A stretch of DNA of 64,000 nucleotides, from positions 256,001 to 320,000 of the forward strand of contig CAWCKJ010000002.1 of assembly GCA_963796105.1 (NCBI GenBank). Direction: 5' to 3'. The DNA is from a candidate division FCPU426 bacterium (GTDB lineage Bacteria > Oederibacteriota > Muellerivitia > Muellerivitales > Muellerivitaceae). The notes beneath the pieces are model-generated. The model searched no databases, had not been told where the DNA came from, and saw only the letters and a list, made by a program, of their open reading frames with translations. Positions 18,233 to 28,048 of the stretch are shown here, in pieces. A program made the position numbers and the translations under genes. Within the stretch, counting starts at the first letter, position 1. Each line of letters begins with the position of its first letter.

Positions 18233-18376
18233 TAGCTTGAACCCCGCAAAAGTTAAGAATGGTTGGAGGCTGTATTTTATCCACTTGCTGGGAATCAGTC
18301 ACTTCACTTTGAGATTGGTTTTAGGACGCTTCAAGGAATGGAAGGGGACTTAAAACGGAAATGAAGAGGGTGGAAA

Positions 18377-18838
18377 CTAATTGATCCGGCTCAAGGTAAT
18401 ATCGTTGGATAACCCGCTTTTTTCACCGGGAATCGAAGCCTTCCCAACGGCGTAACTACCTCTCAGGACCCATTGGTTATTGACGAGATATCCCATTAGG
18501 TTGACCTGGTTTAATTTCGATTCCGTCATCCATTCCAGATTCAAGATGGGGCTTGATCCATTGCCGGTATAAACCCACCCGAATTTGACATCCTTGACCT
18601 CTTGGCCCGCAAGAAAAACCCTCGCGTTTTGTTTATTCAAGTTGTCCAAATCAGAAAGAATGATTTTTAATCCATCCTTGGAGTCTTTGACAACCCAAGC
18701 GCCGTTGAAGAGATTTGGTCCCGTATAAAGGGTTGAGTTCAGATCGTGATTTGGAAATACCACAAATCCTCGGAGGGGATACAAAATAAAAAAGGCCAAT
18801 AAGATTATGGCCCCGTATGAAAAATATTTTAAGTTCAC
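18377..18838 (-). CDS. Hypothetical exported or membrane-anchored protein
   Basis: 153 aa ORF with an N-terminal hydrophobic helix and a beta-rich remainder. Confidence 0.6.
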   Translation of the reverse strand: MNLKYFSYGAIILLAFFILYPLRGFVVFPNHDLNSTLYTGPNLFNGAWVVKDSKDGLKIILSDLDNLNKQNARVFLAGQEVKDVKFGWVYTGNGSSPILNLEWMTESKLNQVNLMGYLVNNQWVLRGSYAVGKASIPGEKSGLSNDITLSRIN

Positions 18839-19165
18839 TTTTTTAGTTTCCCAAAGACGAAGTTCACTTGATTGAAGTATCTCGTAGAAAATAAAAATAC
18901 GCCAGCGACAGTGTATTAAATATGTTAGACCACAAATTTAGATTTTTAATTTTCGAGTTGCGCCAAAGTGAACCGGTTACAAAGAAAGAAATGAGGACTC
19001 GTGGGGAAGTAAGTTGAATGACAGGGATAGAATCGAATCTTTGTTAAATCGTTTTGGAATGGCGATGATTTATCACAACTGTCCTGATAAAACTAAAACT
19101 GGGAAACTAAAATTTTTGAAAATCAAGAATACTTAAACATAAAAAGGTTCAGGCAAAACCAAGTC

Positions 19166-19267
19166 CTTAGCCACAGATTCAGGGGATGCACGCGGATAGA
19201 CAAAGAAAAAAGGCTTTAAATGTTTATGCTTATTAAATCCAATGAATCCCATGTATCCGTGGCTAAG
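19166..19267 (+). repeat. Palindromic MITE/REP-like element, family A, compact copy
   Basis: Terminal inverted repeats CTTAGCCACAGAT / ATCCGTGGCTAAG around an AT-rich core; homologous to 1085-1370. Confidence 0.75.
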
Positions 19268-19293
19268 TATCATTTTAGATAGGTGTGAGGATT

Positions 19294-20037
19294 TTATATT
19301 TGAATTTTCGAGAAAAGATAACTTCCCACCACCAGAAGCAGGGCCGAGCAAAGGCTCAATACCATGAAATCCAGGCCTGAACCGTAGAAAGCCGTTTGCC
19401 CCAAGGCCGCCCTCAGGCCGTCGATCCCGTAGGAAAGCGGGTTCAAGGTCGTCACCAGCGCCATTCCCTTCGGAAGCTCGGAGAGAGGGAACATCGCCCC
19501 CGACATGAAGAAAAGCGGCATGAAAAGAAAATTCATGATGAGGGGAAAGCTTTGCATATCGTTCACCTGGGAGGCCAGCGCCGTGCCTGCGGCGGTGAAG
19601 AGCAGGGCGATGAGGAACATGAAAACCAGGGCCAATGGCAGGGCCGAGAGGGAAGGACGGAACCCGAAGAGGTAAGCCAGGCCGAAAACGATCATACCCT
19701 GGAGAAGGGCCACCGTGGCGCCTCCCAAGGTGCGGCCAATCATGATATGGAGCCTGGGCACGGGAGCCACCAGGGTTTCCTTTAAAAAACCAAACTGCCG
19801 GTCCCAGATGATTTCCACCCCCGAAAAGACGCCCGTGAAGAGAATGCTCATGGAGATGACCCCTGGCGCCAGGAACTGCAGATAGTCGCCCTTGCCCGCC
19901 TGGGAAAAGATCTTCCCGAAACCAAAGCCGAAGGCCAATAGGAAAATCAATGGCTGGCCGAGGGAGCCGATCATCCGGGGTTTGGAGCGGAAATACCGCT
20001 TTAATTGGCGAAGCCACATGATGTAAATGGTGCTCAT
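19294..20037 (-). CDS. ABC-2 type exporter permease
   Basis: Six TM segments, DRQFGFLKETLVAP, LNPLSYGIDGLR. Confidence 0.93.
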   Translation of the reverse strand: MSTIYIMWLRQLKRYFRSKPRMIGSLGQPLIFLLAFGFGFGKIFSQAGKGDYLQFLAPGVISMSILFTGVFSGVEIIWDRQFGFLKETLVAPVPRLHIMIGRTLGGATVALLQGMIVFGLAYLFGFRPSLSALPLALVFMFLIALLFTAAGTALASQVNDMQSFPLIMNFLFMPLFFMSGAMFPLSELPKGMALVTTLNPLSYGIDGLRAALGQTAFYGSGLDFMVLSLCSALLLVVGSYLFSKIQI

Positions 20038-20038
20038 G

Positions 20039-20836
20039 TCAGCGCCTCCACAATTTTCGATGCATTCGCATGGCATCCACACTCGAGGCGTCCTCATCCC
20101 TGAGGGAATGGCCAGTAAGCTTGATGAAGGCTTCCTCCAGGGTTTTGACCTTGGCCTTCTTCTTGAGCGAAGCCGGCGTTCCCCTGGCCACGATTTTGCC
20201 GTGATCCACGATGGTCACCTCATCCGCAACGCGGTCGGCCTCCTCCATGTAATGGGTAGTGAAAAAAACCGTGATTTTTTCCCTTTTGTTGAGGCCTTGG
20301 ATGTAGTTCCAGATATGGTTGCGGGTTTGGGGGTCCAGGCCCACGGTGGGCTCATCCAGGAAAAGGATCTTGGGATGGTGCAAGAGGCCCCTGGCGACTT
20401 CCAGCCGGCGTTTCATGCCCCCCGAAAACTGTTTGACCAAGTCGTTTTTGCGGTCCCAAAGCTCGACGATCTTGAGGAGTTCTTCTGTACGCGTTCTTCT
20501 CAATTCCTTGGGTACCTTGTAAAGGACACCGTGGAATTCCATGTTTTCCCACGCGGTCAATTCGTCATCCAGGCTGGGGTCCTGAAAAACGATACCGAAA
20601 GTCCGGCGCACGCTGGTTTGGTTGACCGCTGGATCGTTGCCGTCCAGGAGGATTTGCCCTTTTGTGGGGTTCAGCAATGTGGTGAGCATCTTGATGGAAG
20701 TGGTCTTGCCCGCGCCGTTAGGGCCGAGAAAACCGAAGATTTGCCCCTTTTCCACGGAGAAGGAAATGTCGTCCACTGCGGTGAAATTACCGAATTTTTT
20801 GGTGAGGTTTTTAACCTCGATGATGGCTTCTTTCAT
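20039..20836 (-). CDS. ABC exporter ATP-binding protein (DrrA-like)
   Basis: GPNGAGKT, FSGGMKRR, LFLDEPT, TTHY. Confidence 0.95.
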   Translation of the reverse strand: MKEAIIEVKNLTKKFGNFTAVDDISFSVEKGQIFGFLGPNGAGKTTSIKMLTTLLNPTKGQILLDGNDPAVNQTSVRRTFGIVFQDPSLDDELTAWENMEFHGVLYKVPKELRRTRTEELLKIVELWDRKNDLVKQFSGGMKRRLEVARGLLHHPKILFLDEPTVGLDPQTRNHIWNYIQGLNKREKITVFFTTHYMEEADRVADEVTIVDHGKIVARGTPASLKKKAKVKTLEEAFIKLTGHSLRDEDASSVDAMRMHRKLWRR

Positions 20837-20894
20837 GACGGTCTTTCTAGCATAATTTTAGGGACGGGCCAAGAGATAGTGACTTTTTTACCGC

Positions 20895-22082
20895 TTATAA
20901 AGCTTGCCCGGCGGCCCAGCCGGAAGACCAGGCCCATTGGAAATTAAAGCCTCCGAGTTCGCCTGTCACGTCCAGGACCTCTCCGATGAAATAAAGACCT
21001 GGCACCTTATTTGATTCCATGGTTTTGGGCGATAACTCCCTGGTGTCCAGCCCGCCCCTGGTCACTTCAGCCTGCCGGTAGCCAAAGGTATCGGCGGGAA
21101 TGAAGCGGTACTCATGAATATCCTTGGCCAGCGCCAGGAGCTTCGCGTCGGAAAGGGCCGCCCAGGACCCACGCGCTTCCGCGTGCCAGGCGATGCGGTT
21201 CGCGAGGCGTGTGGGAATCCTTTTTTCGTACCAGACCCGGAACTCTCCCCGGCCCCCCGCGACCTTGTCCTTTTTCAATTCCTGATAGGTTGTTTCAACC
21301 GTCATTTCCGGAATCCAATTGATCACGATCTCCTTGCCAGGTTTCCACACCAGGGAGGCGTTGAGAATGACAGGGCCGCTGAGTCCCTGGTGGGTGATCA
21401 TGAGGTCCTCTTCCAGTTTCCATTTACCGCAGGAAACCCGTACCCGCAGATGGATTCCGGCCAGGTCCTTGAAGCGTTCCAATTCCCGGGCGGGAAATAG
21501 AAGTCCCGTCAGGGCAGGCGCCGGCTCAAGCACTTTCAGGCCAAATTGCCCGGCGATCTTGAAACCCAGGTCTGTGGCGCCCAGCTGGGGCCAGGATAAT
21601 CCGCCGGTGGCCACGACCAACTTAGGGGCTGAAAAGGTTTCCCCCCCGGATTCGACCGTAAAAATTCCCACTGAATGGGCCACTTTTTCGATTTTCTTTC
21701 CCAGAAGCAGGGTCGCGCCGCTTTCCGATACTTTGGAGGTCAATAGTTCGATGATCGCCTTGGCGCTCTTGTCGCAAAAGAGCTGGCCGTCCTTCTTTTC
21801 ATGGTAGGGAATGGCGCGCTTCTTGACGAGCGCGATGAAATCCTTCGGGGTGAACCCGGAGAGGGCCAGAGTCGAGAATTTCTGGTTTGAGGAGATGTAA
21901 TGGTAGGGGGTGACATGCAGGTTAGTGAAATTACAGCGGCCACCCCCGGAAACCAGGATTTTGGGGGCGGGTTTGGCGCCTTGCTCCAGGACCAGGACCT
22001 TACGGCCTCTGGCTGCGGCCTCGGAGGCGCACATCAGGCCCGAGGCCCCGCCTCCCAGCACGATGACATCATGTGTGTTCAT
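20895..22082 (-). CDS. HI0933/YhiN-family flavoprotein
   Basis: GGGASG, KILVSGGGRCNFTN, ATGGLS.P.LG, AEVTRGG, GEVLDVTG.LGGFNFQWAWSSG. Confidence 0.95.
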   Translation of the reverse strand: MNTHDVIVLGGGASGLMCASEAAARGRKVLVLEQGAKPAPKILVSGGGRCNFTNLHVTPYHYISSNQKFSTLALSGFTPKDFIALVKKRAIPYHEKKDGQLFCDKSAKAIIELLTSKVSESGATLLLGKKIEKVAHSVGIFTVESGGETFSAPKLVVATGGLSWPQLGATDLGFKIAGQFGLKVLEPAPALTGLLFPARELERFKDLAGIHLRVRVSCGKWKLEEDLMITHQGLSGPVILNASLVWKPGKEIVINWIPEMTVETTYQELKKDKVAGGRGEFRVWYEKRIPTRLANRIAWHAEARGSWAALSDAKLLALAKDIHEYRFIPADTFGYRQAEVTRGGLDTRELSPKTMESNKVPGLYFIGEVLDVTGELGGFNFQWAWSSGWAAGQAL

Positions 22083-22163
22083 GCCGATAAGATAACAGGC
22101 GGGGGATTCAAGGAGAAATTAAAATGAAAGGGTGTAAAACAGGAAAGGGGACAGCAATTTGGA

Positions 22164-22655
22164 TTAATTTCCAATGGGTGGGTTTAGTTCAAGTATCTGG
22201 AGTGCCACATCCGCGACTGATTTTTTCACCTGAAGTCTCACCCCTCCAAACACCATGTTGGCGGAGTAAATGGAAACGATTTGCTCATCCGCGACATAAG
22301 CCTCGATTCCTTCCGATTCCAGTTTGCTCTGGGCCAGGTTGGCCTCCATCGGGTTGCCGTACCGGGCGATGGTGACAAGATCGTCGGTTTTTTCCTCGGC
22401 GGTTAACTCCCGCAATTGTTTCCCACAGGAGCCGCAAAAGGGGCTCACGGGATTGTACTTTTTTCCGCAATAGGGGCATTTGCCTTGAGCCTGGGCCTTT
22501 TCCAATTTGAGGGTTTTGAGGCATTCCGGTTTACGGCAATAATAATGCTCGGGGCCCTCGACAGCGCAATCATTACAAAGCCAGTCTTGGCATTGATGGC
22601 AGAAACTAACGGCTTCCATGCCGGGATGGTTGACGCAAATATGCTCGGGTTTCAT
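22164..22655 (-). CDS. B-box plus zinc-ribbon plus DUF2007-like protein
   Basis: C..HP...A..FC..C...LC..C; CPYCG...FCGSCG; EANLAQSKLESEGIEAYV...GGVRLQV. Confidence 0.75.
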   Translation of the reverse strand: MKPEHICVNHPGMEAVSFCHQCQDWLCNDCAVEGPEHYYCRKPECLKTLKLEKAQAQGKCPYCGKKYNPVSPFCGSCGKQLRELTAEEKTDDLVTIARYGNPMEANLAQSKLESEGIEAYVADEQIVSIYSANMVFGGVRLQVKKSVADVALQILELNPPIGN

Positions 22656-22832
22656 TTTTAACGGGCTCCTTAATGAATAGTTTACCTGGCAAACAAAGTA
22701 TCGTCTTATAAAATTTGCTTTTAACAGGTAAATAATATTCCCCTGGATTGCTTTTTAAAGTTATACGACTCATATTAAAAATAATTCAAATTCATCCAAT
22801 TAAAACCGATTCATGCTCTGGGGGAGCCAAAC

Positions 22833-23984
22833 ATGAAAACACAGGTTTTGAGGACCTCGATTGAGGTTGATCGAAAAAAATTCACTGTTGAAACCGCCTA
22901 TCATGAGACGGGGAAGAACCTGATTTCCACCATCCATTGGGACGATAAGATACTAACCCGGCGGGAATTAGAGGTAACGCCTGAAATGGCCGGGCCCGAT
23001 CGAAAGCACCTTGAGGAATTCATCTCCCAGACCCATCAAGCCTTTACCTCAGACCTTCAATCCCTGTTTACCATCGCCAGAAAAATAGATGAGCAACCTA
23101 CACCGGACAAGTGTTTCATGATGGGAATTCTTTTCCTATCGAGGAACCTGATGGCGGAAGCCCTGGCTCGATTTCAAGCGGTTCTCTCCATAGACCCCTC
23201 CCATATCCAGGCAATCAAGTATTACGGGGTGGTGTTGACCCTTCAGGAGGATTACGAGGGAGCCAAGTATGTCCTTTCCGGCGCCTTGGAAGCCGCGTCA
23301 AAATACCCGGATATTTATTTTTGCCTGGGGAATGTTTACTTATACCAACGTAAGTTCAAGGAGGCCAAGAAATGCTACATTTCGGCCCTCCAAATCAATC
23401 CCGCCTACGCGGACGCCCACTGGAAAATGGCGGCTTGCGCCTTGGGCATTCTCTCCGACGAGAGAAACCCCCTGCCTGTATCCGATATTCAGGATCATGT
23501 CTCGGAGGCTGAGCAGGAAGCCCAGCTGGCTATTCGACAAAACGACTTGTTCAACAGCGTCCCGGCCAAGAAAGCGATTGGAAACCTCAGGGAAGGGAAG
23601 TTCCAGGAGGCTTACAGTTTATTTCTGGAGGCAAGGCCCAAATACACCACCAAAACCGGCGCCGAGGAGATTTATTTCTACTCCCTCAAGCTTTTGTACG
23701 GAGAGAAAGGCGTGAGCGCCCCTGAGACGGAAATATATATCCGGCTTTTAGAACAATTGGTCGAGGGGTATCCGAACTACGCAGACCTTCGCTTCCATTT
23801 CAGCATGGCACAGATGGTCAAGTCCAATTTCATCGTGGGACGGTCCCTTCGGGAAATGAACAAGGCCATTGAGGCCAATCCGAGGTTCGAAAAGGCCCGA
23901 GCCAACGCCGACCTCGTGGGGGATATATATAAAAAAATCCTATTGATCATGCGCAACGCCTATCAATCCTCTGCCGGAGAATAA
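22833..23984 (+). CDS. Tetratricopeptide repeat protein
   Basis: Repeated TPR patterns (YPDIYFCLGNVY, ALQINPAYADA, AIEANPRFEKA). Confidence 0.85.
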   Translation: MKTQVLRTSIEVDRKKFTVETAYHETGKNLISTIHWDDKILTRRELEVTPEMAGPDRKHLEEFISQTHQAFTSDLQSLFTIARKIDEQPTPDKCFMMGILFLSRNLMAEALARFQAVLSIDPSHIQAIKYYGVVLTLQEDYEGAKYVLSGALEAASKYPDIYFCLGNVYLYQRKFKEAKKCYISALQINPAYADAHWKMAACALGILSDERNPLPVSDIQDHVSEAEQEAQLAIRQNDLFNSVPAKKAIGNLREGKFQEAYSLFLEARPKYTTKTGAEEIYFYSLKLLYGEKGVSAPETEIYIRLLEQLVEGYPNYADLRFHFSMAQMVKSNFIVGRSLREMNKAIEANPRFEKARANADLVGDIYKKILLIMRNAYQSSAGE

Positions 23985-24208
23985 CAACTCCAAGACACTT
24001 TGGGATTATGGCATAGGTTTGTCGAGAAAATTTAGCTCCCCTAAGCCCGCTTGTTTTTCCGTTTTAAATGAATGAAATAAACGGTAATTTGATTAATCGT
24101 TAAAACGGCAACAAATAAATGAAATAAACGTGTATAATTACAAGTAGAGGTGGTTGTTTACGATTAAGATGGTTTTGAGATGTTGTTGAACCGAAAAGGA
24201 GGCAGTTT

Positions 24209-24664
24209 ATGTTTCGTTTGAAAGCGAAGGGTTTCACGTTGATTGAACTGATGATCGTTGTCGCGATCATCGGAATTTTGGCGGCTATCGCCATCCCGCG
24301 TTTCGCGCAGATGCTGGAAAAATCTCGCGAAGGGTCCACGAAGGGAAATCTGGGAAGCCTGAAGTCTGCGGCGTCGATCTATTATGGCGATGCCCAGGGA
24401 GTTTGGCCCACGACTTTGCAGGCCTTCAGTAGTTATTCCTTCAGCAAGTATTTGGACAATATTTCGCCTGTGAAGGTGACGGGGTCCTTTGTGGTTGGAG
24501 CAACAAGCCCCGCTGGCGCCATCGTGTCGATGACAACGATGGTTTCAGTCCCAACGACGAATGGAACTGGCTGGTTGTACGACAGCACGATGGGAAATGT
24601 GTACGTCAACAGCACGGTTCAAGACTCAAAGCAGATCCCGTATTCGTTCTACGGGTTTGAGTGA
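24209..24664 (+). CDS. Type IV pilin / pseudopilin
   Basis: Class III signal KG|FTLIELMIVVAIIGILAAIAIP; AGGAGG RBS. Confidence 0.93.
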   Translation: MFRLKAKGFTLIELMIVVAIIGILAAIAIPRFAQMLEKSREGSTKGNLGSLKSAASIYYGDAQGVWPTTLQAFSSYSFSKYLDNISPVKVTGSFVVGATSPAGAIVSMTTMVSVPTTNGTGWLYDSTMGNVYVNSTVQDSKQIPYSFYGFE

Positions 24665-24688
24665 GATGGTTTAGAAATTAAGGAAGTT

Positions 24689-24722
24689 AAAAAGGGCGGC
24701 GAATTTTCGCCGCCCTTTTTTT
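24689..24722. terminator. Bidirectional intrinsic terminator
   Basis: AAAAAGGGCGGCGAA-TT-TTCGCCGCCCTTTTTTT between the convergent pilin and sigma genes. Confidence 0.9.
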
Positions 24723-24824
24723 ATGCCTGGTTATATTGGCACCCTTACGTTAGCCGAAAGGATTCCCGTTAAAATTCATGTGTCCTTTATGATATTTCAC
24801 CGGGCATGGGTGAAACCTAGGGCT

Positions 24825-26630
24825 TTATATATCGAGATAATTTTTAAGGACGCGGCTTCTCGAGGGATGCCTTAGTTTCTTTAAGGCTTTGGCCTCGATT
24901 TGGCGCACCCGCTCCCGCGTGACGTGGAATACATTTCCCACTTCCTCCAGGGTCCGGGGAGGGCCGTTGTCCAGCCCGAAGCGCTGTCTCAAAACCTCCG
25001 CTTCCCGGTCCTTGAGCGTTCCCAGGGCCTTGGTGATTTTTTCCTTGAGAAGGGCGAATGCCGCGGCGTTATCCGGGCTGATGGCGTCCTTATCCGCGAT
25101 GAAATCCCCCAGATGGCTGTCCTGCTCTTCTCCCACAGGTGTTTCCAGGGAAATCGGCGACTGGGCGACCTTGAGGCAGGAACGGATTTTTTCCACCGGC
25201 AATTCCAGGCGCTCGGCGATTTCGTCCACCGTGGGCTCGTGACCCAATTCCTGGACCAGGTCCCGGGAGGCCTTCACGGACTTGTTGATGATCTCGTTCA
25301 TATGCACCGGGACCCGGATGGTCCGGGCTTGGTCCGCGATGGCGCGGGTAATGGCCTGTCGGACCCACCAGGTGGCGTAGGTGGAGAATTTGTAGCCCCT
25401 GCGGTACTCGAATTTCTCGACTCCCCTCATCAGGCCGATGTTTCCCTCCTGGATGAGATCCAGGAAGGGCAGTCCGCGGTTGACGTATTTCTTGGCGATG
25501 GAAATGACCAGCCGGAGGTTGGCCTCCACCATCTCCATTCGGGCGCGGTAGGCCTCGCGCTCGCCCGTGCGGATTCCGTGCATCATGATCTTGACATGCT
25601 CCCGGCCGGCCATGGCTTTCTTCTCGAGGCGCTTGATATTGCGCCGCGCGTCGTCCCAGAACCTGCAGGCTTCGGTGAAATCCCGGCCCTTCAGGGCGCT
25701 TTTCTTCTCCAGCGTTTTGAGCTCGGCGGGATCGCCGTGCTTGACAGCGCCGGGAAGCTTGAGATAGTACTCGGGGGAGAGCTTCAACTTCCTGTCCTGC
25801 TGGTGCATGACGTGTTCCTGCTCTTCGATGGCCTCCCCGGGGCCGTGGAGGCAGCTCAAAAGGCGTTCCTTGACCTTCTTCTGGAACTGACAGTCCTTGA
25901 CCAGCCAGATAAGATCAATGAGGGTTTCGTCCAGCTTCGCCGCGAGATCTTTCCGCTTTCCGACTTCCATGTTTTTCCAACCCACCTTGTGCTGCATGGC
26001 CTTGATCTTCCGCTCCAGAATCTTGAGTTTGGAATAGTTTTTCTTGAGCTTGGCCAGGATCTTCTTCTCGGGGGGGCCCGCGGGAAGGTCCTCGTAGGGC
26101 TCCAAATTAATGGTCTCCTGGAGGGTTTTCCGCTTCTTGAGGATGTCCTCGAGGAGGGCGTGAAGTTCCACGAAACCCAGGGCCGATCCCAGGACTATTT
26201 TCTCATGTTTGAATTCGCCAGCCTCGATGCGCTTGGCAATGGCGATTTCCTGGTCGCGGGTTAGGAGTGAAATGCGCCCCATCTCCCGGAGGTACATTTT
26301 CACCGGGTCGGCCATCCTGGCCTCGACCCCCGGGGTGAGGGCGGCCTTATCGAACTCTTCGCCGTTTCCTTCCTCATCATCTCCTGCCGCGGCTCCGGAG
26401 GGCGCGACAACGGCCTTGCCATCCTCGCCGAGGCCTTCGTCCTTCTTGTCCCGGTCCACGATCTTGACGTCGTTATCTCCCAGCAAAAGGAGGATTTCAT
26501 CAATTTCAGCGGAGGAAACAGCCTCTTCCGGCAGGAAGTCGTTCACTTGCTTGTAGGTGATATAGCCTTTTTCCTTGCCGACCTTGAGGATGTTCTTGGC
26601 TCGGTCGATCTTGGACATGTCTGGCTTCAT
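24825..26630 (-). CDS. rpoD: RpoD-like sigma-70 factor, paralogue 2 (full length, with region 1.1 and non-conserved region)
   Basis: Region 1.1 [14 protein letters not shown], region 1.2 [11 protein letters not shown]...LLTR..EI.IAKRIE, regions 2-4 intact. Confidence 0.93.
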   Translation of the reverse strand: MKPDMSKIDRAKNILKVGKEKGYITYKQVNDFLPEEAVSSAEIDEILLLLGDNDVKIVDRDKKDEGLGEDGKAVVAPSGAAAGDDEEGNGEEFDKAALTPGVEARMADPVKMYLREMGRISLLTRDQEIAIAKRIEAGEFKHEKIVLGSALGFVELHALLEDILKKRKTLQETINLEPYEDLPAGPPEKKILAKLKKNYSKLKILERKIKAMQHKVGWKNMEVGKRKDLAAKLDETLIDLIWLVKDCQFQKKVKERLLSCLHGPGEAIEEQEHVMHQQDRKLKLSPEYYLKLPGAVKHGDPAELKTLEKKSALKGRDFTEACRFWDDARRNIKRLEKKAMAGREHVKIMMHGIRTGEREAYRARMEMVEANLRLVISIAKKYVNRGLPFLDLIQEGNIGLMRGVEKFEYRRGYKFSTYATWWVRQAITRAIADQARTIRVPVHMNEIINKSVKASRDLVQELGHEPTVDEIAERLELPVEKIRSCLKVAQSPISLETPVGEEQDSHLGDFIADKDAISPDNAAAFALLKEKITKALGTLKDREAEVLRQRFGLDNGPPRTLEEVGNVFHVTRERVRQIEAKALKKLRHPSRSRVLKNYLDI

Positions 26631-26851
26631 GGTTTCTCCGTCTGTGGGGATATCCGCTATTGAGGGGGGGCATCTTACTTGAATTGGCCGTCAAAAGCTT
26701 ATAATTCGTGAAGGATACCACGATTATTTTGAATATGTTGGACAATTACCGGCGGGGCTTTCTAGTCAAAACAATCGATAAATTATGGAAATAACGGTTT
26801 AAGCCACATTTATCGGAATTTATCCGGCTATTTAACCCAAGCTGGAGAGGA

Positions 26852-27805
26852 TCAGTTCTCGGAACTGGCGTGGTTGAGCTTTTCAAGGGCGGATTCGTCC
26901 AATTCCAACCGAGTGGCGGCGATGAGGTCCTGCAGCTGTTCTAAACTGGTCGCGCTGGCGATGGGCGCCGTGACGCTGGGCCGGGACAAGAGCCAGGCTA
27001 GGGCCACGCATGCGGGTTTGGAGTTGTAATCCCGGGCGACGTCATCCAGGGCTCCGAGAATTCGCCAGCCCTTGTCGTTCATGTATTTGCTGACCCGGTC
27101 CGCGCGGGAGCTTTTGGAAAGGTCGGCTCCGGGCCGGTATTTGCCCGTGAGGAATCCCGCCGCCAATGAGAAGTATGGGATCACCCCGAGATTTTTCTCA
27201 CGGCATAGGGGCTCCAGGTGCCATTCATAATCCGCGCGTTCGCAAAGGTTATAATGAGGTTGAAGGCTCACATAGGAGGGCAGCTGGTTCTTTCCGCTCA
27301 CTTCCAGGGATTCGGCAAGCCTTTCGGCGGTGAAATTAGAGGCCCCAATAGTCCTCACTTTCCCCTGCTTGATCAGTTCGCCATAGGCTCCCAGGCTTTC
27401 CTCCAGCCGGGTTTTTAGGTCATCCCAATGGGACTGGTAAAGGTCGATCCTATCCGTTTGGAGCCGGCGGAGGGAGGCCTCCGCTTGTTTCAGGATCTGT
27501 GCCTTGGATAAGCCAGCGTCACCCAAGCCAACTTCTGATCCCACCTTTGTGGCAATTACCACCTTCCCCCGATTTCCACGGCTTTTCATCCACTTCCCCA
27601 GGATGATTTCCGATTCGCCTCCCAGGTGGCCCGGCACCCAGCGCGAATAGCTGTTAGCCGTGTCGATGGCGTCAAAACCGGCTTCGACAAAAGCATCCAG
27701 GATATTGAAAGACGTAGGCTCGTCCGCCGTCCATCCGAAGACATTCCCTCCAAATACTAGGGGAGCTATTTCCAGGCCGGATTTTCCTAATTCGCGTCTT
27801 TGCAT
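26852..27805 (-). CDS. Aldo/keto reductase
   Basis: LGKSGL...L.FGGNVFGW, IDTANSY, ATKVG, SLRRLQTDRIDLYQSH, IGASN. Confidence 0.95.
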   Translation of the reverse strand: MQRRELGKSGLEIAPLVFGGNVFGWTADEPTSFNILDAFVEAGFDAIDTANSYSRWVPGHLGGESEIILGKWMKSRGNRGKVVIATKVGSEVGLGDAGLSKAQILKQAEASLRRLQTDRIDLYQSHWDDLKTRLEESLGAYGELIKQGKVRTIGASNFTAERLAESLEVSGKNQLPSYVSLQPHYNLCERADYEWHLEPLCREKNLGVIPYFSLAAGFLTGKYRPGADLSKSSRADRVSKYMNDKGWRILGALDDVARDYNSKPACVALAWLLSRPSVTAPIASATSLEQLQDLIAATRLELDESALEKLNHASSEN

Positions 27806-28048
27806 TTGGACCCTCCAAAGTAAATAGGGGGATATCATGGGGTTAAACCAAATTGGATTTCAAGCCTACGAGCCGGTTGTTATCCATAGGGCATAGTTTA
27901 ACCTTGGGGATAAACAGGGGATTCCATTTGATTTTATTATGTCAAACGCTTAAGAATGTCCCTGCTCGAGGTAGGGATGGATTTCCAAAACCACGGCGAT
28001 CCAAGAAATACGCGGCCATCAATCAGCCGGAATAATAGGGGCAAAGCA

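Noticed and set aside
19058..19100. Fluoride riboswitch-like GGCGATGA...CTGAT
   Set aside because: The P1 complement is missing and no + strand gene lies downstream.
24009..24023. Sigma-54 promoter for the pilin (TGGCATAGGTTTGTC)
   Set aside because: The -12 position reads TC, not the required GC.
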